Shown piece by piece: positions 1 through 5,799 of a stretch of DNA of 17,977 bases. Each line of letters begins with the position of its first letter. Positions within the stretch are counted from its first letter, which is position 1. Source of the stretch: a virus. The stretch lies in IMG/VR virus record IMGVR_UViG_3300045988_017601, positions 1 through 17,977 of that record, one strand, 5' to 3'. Position numbers and translations under genes: made by a program. The notes beneath the pieces are model-generated. The model ran no database searches. It had not been told where the DNA came from and worked only from the letters and a program-made list of their open reading frames with translations.

Positions 1-197
1 CTTCTTTTGGTTGTTAATTCCGCGTGTCGTTTTATCGCTTAATTTAAGCGCGTATATTATCATTTTGCTGAAACGTTGTATTTTGTCCATTTTTTAAGCG
101 CGTAGTTTTTTATTGTTTTTTGCATCCGTCGGCGTGTTGTGTTCAGGGCATGGTGGTGTGTAAGTATCGACCAAGGAACGGAAAGGATGGTGGTTGA
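1..197. repeat. Left inverted terminal repeat (ITR-L)
   Basis: Reverse complement of 17781-17977. Mismatches only at left positions 96, 130 and 182. Similarity decays after about 197, with patchy matches to about 207. Confidence 0.95.
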
Positions 198-396
198 TAT
201 GTATTTTCATCACGACACTCTTGCTAGGATGACTAATATGGTCAAGACGTGTATTACTGATTATCTTCATGAGGATGTTGCTGAGTATGATGTGCAGCGT
301 ATTGTGAGTATTTTGTGGCATCGTTGGTATTATGTTGATGGTATTAAGGGTTATCGTGCTATTTTCAAGGATACTATCGAGTCTCATGAGCGGTGA
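187..396 (+). CDS. Hypothetical left-terminal early protein whose RBS and start codon lie inside ITR-L
   Basis: ORF 139-396. The first in-frame ATG is at 187, preceded by AAGGAA (173-178). Alternative starts are GTG 139 and ATG 199. A hairpin follows at 404-440. Confidence 0.55.
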   Translation: MVVDMYFHHDTLARMTNMVKTCITDYLHEDVAEYDVQRIVSILWHRWYYVDGIKGYRAIFKDTIESHER

Positions 397-403
397 CCAG
401 ATT

Positions 404-440
404 GCAACACGCCGAGATTGTAATATTCTTGGCGTGTTGT
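404..440 (+). terminator. Hairpin after the first gene (9-10 bp stem, 17-nt loop)
   Basis: CAACACGCC (405-413) pairs with GGCGTGTTG (431-439). The 3' arm GGCGTGTTGT is an exact copy of ITR positions 131-140. The large loop and missing U-tract keep confidence low. Confidence 0.3.
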
Positions 441-483
441 ATACTTAAGTTATTGGCAACAATCAATAAAAGGATGGATTATT

Positions 484-708
484 ATGGCTGGTATCTCTGT
501 TCGTTTTGATACTAAGGTGTATGACGGTAGTGAGGTTATTACCTTGTATTATCGTGCTAATGGTGTTTTCGGTTGCAAGTTTTTCACTGAAACGTATAAC
601 CCTCGTACTAATGAGGTTCGTTCGGCCATGTCGAATATGATGCGGTTCGTTTATTGCCTTATGGGGCGTGTTGCTGAGAATACCGAACGTTTCTATCGCA
701 AGCACTGA
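484..708 (+). CDS. Hypothetical early protein (74 aa)
   Basis: ATG preceded by AAAGGA with good spacing. Lies in the visibly AT-richer left arm. No recognisable motif. Confidence 0.6.
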   Translation: MAGISVRFDTKVYDGSEVITLYYRANGVFGCKFFTETYNPRTNEVRSAMSNMMRFVYCLMGRVAENTERFYRKH

Positions 709-720
709 GGTGGTTGGATA

Positions 721-963
721 ATGGGTTTCGTACCAATGACGTGGGATGCGGCCATGTGTACCGCCTACTACGAGCAGGGCTACCGTGCCGGTTTGACGCT
801 CCCCGCTCACGCTATCCGCCCATTGGAGGATGCGGCGTGCGCTCAAGGCTATTGCGATTGTTTCCGTGAGGGTTACGCCCAGGGTGTGGTGGAGCGTGAG
901 CAGCGTCCGACCGATTTGCATATCGCGGATGCGATAGTAAGGGGTGAAATTGACAGAGCCTAG
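721..963 (+). CDS. Hypothetical early protein with GY-x-x-G repeats (paralog A)
   Basis: GAGGTGG RBS then ATG. Contains YEQGYRAG and FREGYAQG. Confidence 0.6.
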   Translation: MGFVPMTWDAAMCTAYYEQGYRAGLTLPAHAIRPLEDAACAQGYCDCFREGYAQGVVEREQRPTDLHIADAIVRGEIDRA

Positions 964-970
964 TAGTATC

Positions 971-1183
971 ATGGAACTTTGCGCACAACTGTTTGCCCAG
1001 TGGACTGAGCAGGGCGCGATGATTGCCGCTACGCAAGGATATGAGCGTGGTGTGTTGGACGCCGCCGAGGGTAAGCCCGAACGCGAAACGCTCCCTTATG
1101 ATATTCATAGGATGTATGAGGATGATTATGAACGTGGATACCGTGAGGGGTATAATCATGGAAATGAACAACCGCAGTTTTGA
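971..1183 (+). CDS. Hypothetical early protein with GY-x-x-G repeats (paralog B)
   Basis: Contains TQGYERG and YERGYREGYNHG. Start is uncertain (ATG 971 or GTG 944) and neither has a strong RBS. Confidence 0.5.
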   Translation: MELCAQLFAQWTEQGAMIAATQGYERGVLDAAEGKPERETLPYDIHRMYEDDYERGYREGYNHGNEQPQF

Positions 1184-1424
1184 TGATATTGTAGATGATT
1201 ATAGTGCTACATGGTTCAGGGCTAGAATTGTAGATATTGAAAACCCGTACTCGCTATGTACAGAGTGGTGTAAGACTGGTGATTCCATTAGTGCTCTTAA
1301 TTCATTGATAGATGATATAAATCGGTCTGACACAACACTTTGCGCATGGCTGCAGAGCATGAAGGTTCACGTTACTAAAGGGGTTGAGTATGGAATTATC
1401 GAGGAAGCAAGAGAAGACCGATAG
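1158..1424 (+). CDS. Hypothetical early protein (88 aa)
   Basis: GAGGGG then 7 nt then ATG at 1158. The longer 1023 start would run through the preceding gene in another frame. Confidence 0.5.
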   Translation: MEMNNRSFDDIVDDYSATWFRARIVDIENPYSLCTEWCKTGDSISALNSLIDDINRSDTTLCAWLQSMKVHVTKGVEYGIIEEAREDR

Positions 1425-1917
1425 TCGCACGAATTGGTTTGATGATGGCGTGCTGGATGATGACCGTGTGCGGCGTGTCATTCGTGGCCGTCGGCGTAAT
1501 CTGCACTTGCGGGAATATAATCGTGGCGAGGGCGATTGGGAAACGCTCTGCCGCACTATAGCGCTACTCAAGGACTTTTATAAGCCTCAAGGTGAGCAAG
1601 TGGCGTTTGCCGATAGTATCGAACATGCGGCAAACGTTTGCCTATCATTATCCCCGCGTACGTCCCGGATCGGCGCGTTGGCGCGAATCCAGAATATTGA
1701 AATGTTGGGCGGCGTCATCTATGCCCCGGCTATGGTGGCGTGGTGTGCGGTCTGCCATGTCAAGGGCGCGACCTGTTATGAGATGTGCAAAATCTGGGAC
1801 GGCAACGAATTCGCTCAGACTATCATCAAAATAGCGTGTCGTTGTTTTGACAATCTGACCGACTCGCGGTATACTGATGAAGACGTGGCTAGAATGTCAC
1901 AACAGCAGCAACATTAA
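1390..1917 (+). CDS. Hypothetical early protein (175 aa), Arg-rich N-terminus, Cys-rich C-terminal half
   Basis: AAAGGGG RBS with ATG at 1390 (TTG at 1384 in the ORF track). No motif recognised. Confidence 0.55.
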   Translation: MELSRKQEKTDSRTNWFDDGVLDDDRVRRVIRGRRRNLHLREYNRGEGDWETLCRTIALLKDFYKPQGEQVAFADSIEHAANVCLSLSPRTSRIGALARIQNIEMLGGVIYAPAMVAWCAVCHVKGATCYEMCKIWDGNEFAQTIIKIACRCFDNLTDSRYTDEDVARMSQQQQH

Positions 1918-1934
1918 GCAAAGGTGGTATGATT

Positions 1935-2249
1935 ATGGCATACATCAAGCGAGCAAAGCACTATAGTATTGTGCGCGGCGTCACGCGCGGCAAAAACGGT
2001 GAACTCGTTGACGTCGAGGTGGTCGTGGACGGATCGTGCCGCACACCTGACATGGCTATGAAGAAGGCCCGCAAGATTAACAAGGACATGCTGCCCATGT
2101 CCGCCGAGTATCATGCGCAGGCGACGCGCATGGATGAGGCAATCTATTGGGCTAACTGTGAGTTTGGGGATGATACCATTATCGACTATCCGGGGCCGGT
2201 GAACGGCAACGTGGTTGAGGATGATATCATCTCCGAGGAAAATAATTAA
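1935..2249 (+). CDS. Small protein with basic N-terminal half and acidic C-terminal tail; possible DNA-binding replication accessory protein
   Basis: AAGGTGG RBS. About 104 aa. C-terminus is VVEDDIISEENN. Lies directly upstream of the SSB-like, terminal-protein and polymerase genes. Function is inferred from size, charge pattern and position only. Confidence 0.5.
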   Translation: MAYIKRAKHYSIVRGVTRGKNGELVDVEVVVDGSCRTPDMAMKKARKINKDMLPMSAEYHAQATRMDEAIYWANCEFGDDTIIDYPGPVNGNVVEDDIISEENN

Positions 2250-2252
2250 TAA

Positions 2253-2264
2253 TCCCTATAAGGA
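2253..2264. promoter_or_regulatory. TCCCTATAAGGA near-palindrome just upstream of the SSB-like gene
   Basis: One mismatch from the perfect palindrome at 2749-2760. The two copies bracket CDS 2276-2713. Confidence 0.3.
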
Positions 2265-2275
2265 AAGGCAACATA

Positions 2276-2713
2276 ATGGCTGACAACGAACTGACCGTGA
2301 CGAACGGTAACAATTTTGCTGCGAACGGTGCTAACGCAGTCTCCCACTTTTTCGACACCACCACCGTGGACGGTAAGATGGCGCTTTATAACGCCATGCA
2401 GACCTCCGACAAGGTTGACGAACATCTGAACGAACCGTTGCATGTGACCAACGTGCTGGCGCAGGCCATCGAGGTCGCCAATCAGGAAACCGGTGAAATC
2501 AACTCTTCCACCCGCGTGGTCATCCACGCGGAGGAAGGTGACTTTGCCGCCGCGTCCCCCACGTTGGCGCACGCTTTTGGCAATCTGTTCGCCATTTTCG
2601 GCACGCCGGACACGTGGGCTTCGCCGCTGGCTCTCAAGGTGGTGGAAAAGAAGAGCCGCCGCGGCTATAAGTTCTTCGACCTTGAATTGGTGTCGGAAAA
2701 CAAGCGCAAGTAG
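2276..2713 (+). CDS. Putative phage single-stranded DNA-binding protein
   Basis: Strong RBS AAGGAAAGG. The layout (DGK-x-ALYNA, V-x-V-x-N-x-ETGE, FG-x-P-x-x-W, G-Y-x-F-x-x-L-E-L-V C-terminus) resembles SSBs of small Gram-positive phages as I remember them. Position before the terminal protein and polymerase fits. Confidence 0.45.
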   Translation: MADNELTVTNGNNFAANGANAVSHFFDTTTVDGKMALYNAMQTSDKVDEHLNEPLHVTNVLAQAIEVANQETGEINSSTRVVIHAEEGDFAAASPTLAHAFGNLFAIFGTPDTWASPLALKVVEKKSRRGYKFFDLELVSENKRK

Positions 2714-2748
2714 CGCGATTGTCCACACCATATGATAGCATGGTAATG

Positions 2749-2760
2749 TCCCTATAGGGA
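2749..2760. promoter_or_regulatory. Perfect 12-bp palindrome TCCCTATAGGGA
   Basis: Read directly. Second copy of the motif at 2253-2264. Confidence 0.3.
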
Positions 2761-2775
2761 TGTTGCCGCCAGACT

Positions 2776-2811
2776 CACCCCCCGTCGTTTCCATCCTTGC
2801 GGCGGGGGGTG
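2776..2811 (+). terminator. GC-rich hairpin (12-bp stem including one G-U, 12-nt loop) between the SSB-like and terminal-protein genes; likely attenuator
   Basis: CACCCCCCGTCG (2776-2787) pairs with CGGCGGGGGGTG (2800-2811), followed by TTTC. Confidence 0.5.
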
Positions 2812-2834
2812 TTTCACACTCACGAGGAGGGGTC

Positions 2835-3779
2835 GTGGCAAAACGCAAAACCAACCGGCGCGCCAACAATCTGAAACGCAACGCCGCAATCAGGTCAGCG
2901 CAGGTACGCCAGGAACGAGCGGTAAGGGATTACAGTACCGGACGCCTCCCCAAGCAAATCACCGAGACGTTTCTAGGCAAACTCAGCGCCCAACAGCTTG
3001 AGCAGGTCGCACGACGTATCGGGCAGGAATTTGGGGAACAACAGCAAGCCTTACGCGCGCGGGATAACGAACCGTATCAGGTCGTGCCCGACGTGCATAT
3101 TACGAAACTCGACCGCGAAATGGCGGCGCGTCCGCTGATATCCGACGCTGAGATCGCCGCCGCTCCGTCGAAACGTCGGAAGACGTTACGGCAGCAGCAG
3201 CGCCGACGGGTTGAGGCGCGGCGGAAAATCAAACGCGCCCAGCAATTCGAGGCGTTGGGCATGGCCCGCTATACCGTGGGCGAAGTACGCGAAATGGAAC
3301 GCGCGGGCGAATCACCGTTCGACGTGCTGGGCACGCATACGGTCGGCGGATCGGCGCGCGATGAACTGACCCGCAACCGTGCTAACGTGTTCGGTACGGA
3401 GCGTGGCATAAGCCACGCGCGCGCGATGATACGCGGCGGGGATCGTAGGAAACTTGAACGGGGAATGTTGGAATACGCCGGGCTCATAGGACGCGCGCCA
3501 TTACGTGCGGGAAACAAGAGGATTCCTCAGAGTGAGGGCGTTTCGGATTTTGATAGAGCCGAACAACAGCTGGAAGCGTTCGACTCTAGCGTGGCTCAAA
3601 AATTCGCGTCTCTATCGAACCGCCAAAAACGATGGCTAATGAACAACACGAATTTTAGCACCGTGGTACGCGAGGCGACATGGTATAATGATAAGACGCA
3701 TAAATGGGAGACCAAAGCGGACGCGGGCGACGTGGATACACGACTCGATGAATGGATGACAAGCGCACTACGGCACTAA
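2835..3779 (+). CDS. Candidate terminal protein (protein primer), 314 aa
   Basis: GTG at 2835 follows GAGGAGGGG. The ATG at 2760 would translate through the hairpin. Very basic N-terminus (AKRKTNRRANNLKRN). Sits immediately upstream of the protein-primed polymerase, as phi29 gene 3 does relative to gene 2. No sequence motif verified. Confidence 0.5.
   Translation: MAKRKTNRRANNLKRNAAIRSAQVRQERAVRDYSTGRLPKQITETFLGKLSAQQLEQVARRIGQEFGEQQQALRARDNEPYQVVPDVHITKLDREMAARPLISDAEIAAAPSKRRKTLRQQQRRRVEARRKIKRAQQFEALGMARYTVGEVREMERAGESPFDVLGTHTVGGSARDELTRNRANVFGTERGISHARAMIRGGDRRKLERGMLEYAGLIGRAPLRAGNKRIPQSEGVSDFDRAEQQLEAFDSSVAQKFASLSNRQKRWLMNNTNFSTVVREATWYNDKTHKWETKADAGDVDTRLDEWMTSALRH
3681..3689 (+). 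promoter_or_regulatory. Perfect extended -10 element TGGTATAAT, about 100 nt upstream of the polymerase start
   Basis: Read directly. Lies inside the terminal-protein coding sequence. Confidence 0.3.
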
Positions 3780-3791
3780 AAGGATGGAATC

Positions 3792-5252
3792 ATGCGAGAG
3801 CGTCGAACGGCGGCAACAGACGGCGCAACACTATTGACGGATGACGGCATGGAACCATTGACCGCCCATGCCGTCATCCGCCTCACCATGCTCGATCATC
3901 ATACGCGCGTATGGTGCGCCCACGGATGGCAGGATATCAAGCCCATAGCCGTCGAACTACTGAAACGCCTCCCCTTGCAATCGAACCCCAGCAAGGATGG
4001 CGTGTGGGGGACGTTCAATATTCGCGGCCACTTCTACAGTTTTCGTGTGCGCATGGGCGGCATCACCGTGGACTTTCTGGACGTGCGCAACATCACGCGC
4101 GATGATGGGTTGAATGTTTCACGTGAAACGTTCGGGGGCGTGGATGACTTGGAAACCACGTGGAACATCGCGCAGGAATGCGACGCGTTGAACCTTAAGG
4201 GTACTACCATAGCCTCAATGGCGATGGCCGATTATATCGATGGGGATTATGCTGGATTCAAACGCCATTTTCCACCATTGGATAAGGATGATTATCACCG
4301 GATGCGCCCGGCATACTATGGGGCGATAGTGTACAGCAAGGAAGGGGAATATGTGGACGCCACCAGTTGGGATGTCAATAGCTTGTACCCAGCTATCATG
4401 CGAGACATGCCCATGCCAACGGGAATGCCGGAATGGTACGACGGAAAGTATCGATATGATGCCGATTATCCACTTCACATCGATGTTATCGCTTTCGACG
4501 CAAGGTTAAGACCCGGCAAAACGGCCACGCTCACCAACATCCTGCCCGTATGGGGGTGTGAGGGTGAACGCTTGGACAGTACGCTCGGCGTCATCACCAT
4601 GCCGGTCACGGACGTGGACTGGGAAACGCTCACGGAAAACTATGACGTGCATGTATGGGAGCATGTGGGCGGCTGGAAATTCCGCGAATCACATGGGCTT
4701 TATTGCAACTATGTGGACAAGTGGTTCCACGTGAAACAGATCGCGACCGGAGAACGACGGCAGATGGCGAAACTACTGTTGAACTCACTGGTGGGAAAGT
4801 TCGGGGCCTCGCTCTACCGTCCCATGCTGCATCCAAGGCCCTCCGTTGACGGCGGCGTGGATTTTACCGTGGACAAGCCCGAGTCATCCAACAGTCTGGC
4901 ATGGTTGCCGACCGCCGCCTATGTCAACGCCTACGGTCGGCAGGTATTATCCCGTGCGATGAACGCGAACGCCGACCGAGTTCTCTACGCTGACACCGAT
5001 GGCATGATATTGGCGGGGCTGGACGCGCCCGCGGACATTGAAACGGATGACCGGAAACTAGGCGCGTGGAAAAACGACCACACCTATGAAAAGCTGCGTA
5101 TTCTCGGCAATCGCAAATACTGCGGCGTGGAAACGGATGGCGCTACGGTTATGCGGTTGAGTGGCGTGCATCGAGCCGCGCCCATACCCTACGACGAATT
5201 CCTACCGGGGTCGCGCCATCGCAATGATGATGGCCATACTTTCGTGCTATAA
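3792..5252 (+). CDS. Family-B protein-primed DNA polymerase (phi29 gp2-like)
   Basis: AAAGGA RBS. Motif A is WDVNSLYPAIM, motif B is KLLLNSLVGKFG, motif C is LYADTDGMIL, and a KxY motif is NRKYCG. GKYRYDADYPLHI resembles phi29 GKYVWDEDYPLHI. Confidence 0.93.
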   Translation: MRERRTAATDGATLLTDDGMEPLTAHAVIRLTMLDHHTRVWCAHGWQDIKPIAVELLKRLPLQSNPSKDGVWGTFNIRGHFYSFRVRMGGITVDFLDVRNITRDDGLNVSRETFGGVDDLETTWNIAQECDALNLKGTTIASMAMADYIDGDYAGFKRHFPPLDKDDYHRMRPAYYGAIVYSKEGEYVDATSWDVNSLYPAIMRDMPMPTGMPEWYDGKYRYDADYPLHIDVIAFDARLRPGKTATLTNILPVWGCEGERLDSTLGVITMPVTDVDWETLTENYDVHVWEHVGGWKFRESHGLYCNYVDKWFHVKQIATGERRQMAKLLLNSLVGKFGASLYRPMLHPRPSVDGGVDFTVDKPESSNSLAWLPTAAYVNAYGRQVLSRAMNANADRVLYADTDGMILAGLDAPADIETDDRKLGAWKNDHTYEKLRILGNRKYCGVETDGATVMRLSGVHRAAPIPYDEFLPGSRHRNDDGHTFVL

Positions 5253-5253
5253 T
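5245..5253 (+). promoter_or_regulatory. Perfect extended -10 element TGCTATAAT overlapping the polymerase stop codon
   Basis: Read directly. It is the only promoter-like element positioned to drive the 180-nt gap and the late genes. No room exists between hairpin 5391-5418 and the ATG at 5439. Confidence 0.4.
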
Positions 5254-5259
5254 AGCCGG

Positions 5260-5420
5260 TAGCGGGGTGTGCGTCCCAAGTCGATTCGATGGCCCGACCG
5301 GTAGGCAATCGGTAAGGCGATTCGGTCGGATGTAGACGTGCGTAGCCAACGCCCATTGACGGCGAGGGAACCCGCACAGCCTAGCAATCCGGCATGGCAG
5401 CGTGATTGCTGCCATGCCAC
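5260..5420 (+). ncRNA. Candidate structured RNA (pRNA-like packaging RNA or structured late-operon leader)
   Basis: The 180-nt gap has no credible ORF. Helix 5294-5300/5323-5329 stacks on 5307-5311/5318-5322 with a 6-nt bulge. Helix 5338-5342/5373-5377 encloses hairpin 5350-5353/5361-5364. A perfect 11-bp hairpin sits at 5391-5401/5408-5418. Confidence 0.3.
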
Positions 5421-5438
5421 TTACCTTAAGGGGTGAAC

Positions 5439-5777
5439 ATGGACGACACCGAAAACACCGAACCGGACACCACGCCCGACACCGAACCGGACGCGCCCGC
5501 CGACGACACTACGCCGAACCCGGAACCCGAGGCGCAGGACGATGACGAACCCGAGGACGCCGGCGGCGACAAGGACGCCGACATGGCCGACCGGTTGAGC
5601 GCCTTGGAGGCGACCGTGGCCGAACTATCCAAAACCATCGAGGCGATGCGCGACGCGGCAGCCGACCACGTGCTGAACGACGGCCCGGACGGCGACGCGG
5701 ATTCGGACGCCACGGAAATGACCGACGATGACTATAACGGCACCTATGGCACGTTCGATGACCTCTACGAAGACTAA
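5439..5777 (+). CDS. Putative scaffolding protein (highly acidic, coiled-coil core)
   Basis: AAGGGG RBS then ATG at 5439. D/E/T/P-rich ends flank a helical core DRLSALEATVAELSKTIEAMRDAAA. Lies directly before the major capsid gene, as phi29 gp7 does. Confidence 0.6.
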   Translation: MDDTENTEPDTTPDTEPDAPADDTTPNPEPEAQDDDEPEDAGGDKDADMADRLSALEATVAELSKTIEAMRDAAADHVLNDGPDGDADSDATEMTDDDYNGTYGTFDDLYED

Positions 5778-5799
5778 CGATCAGAAAGGAACAACTATC

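Noticed and set aside
1023-1157. Long 133-aa version of ORF 1023-1424
   Set aside because: Its first 45 codons are an alternative frame of the GY-repeat gene. GAGGGG plus ATG 1158 is a much better start.
463-1171. Minus-strand ORFs 463-972 and 812-1171 in the early arm
   Set aside because: They overlap three well-signalled + strand genes, no promoter or RBS is evident, and all other genes except the right-terminal one read rightward.
1925-1933. TGGTATGAT upstream of the 1935 gene as a promoter
   Set aside because: It overlaps the RBS-to-start-codon spacer (GGTGGTATGATTATG). A start site would fall inside the gene, so it is probably coincidental.
2246-2881. 211-aa minus-strand ORF over the SSB-like gene
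   Set aside because: It crosses two intergenic regions and the attenuator hairpin. The sense ORF has a strong RBS and a plausible family resemblance.
5149-5415. Minus-strand ORFs (88 and 62 aa) in the polymerase-scaffold gap
   Set aside because: The start codon is buried in the 11-bp hairpin stem, there is no RBS, and one ORF overlaps the polymerase 3' end. The region is better explained as structured RNA.
5312-5425. Loop GTAAG (5312-5316) complementary to CTTAC (5420-5424) next to the scaffold RBS
   Set aside because: Only 5-6 nt of complementarity, easily expected by chance within 180 nt. Not reported as a pseudoknot.
5254-5432. Possible tRNA in the structured gap
   Set aside because: The string GTCGATTCGATGG superficially resembles a T-loop, but no flanking 5-bp T-stem, acceptor stem or D-arm can be drawn.
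5728-5799. Upstream start (5728) for the capsid ORF
   Set aside because: It would overlap the scaffold gene by 50 nt with no RBS. ATG 5800 has GAAAGGA at ideal spacing.
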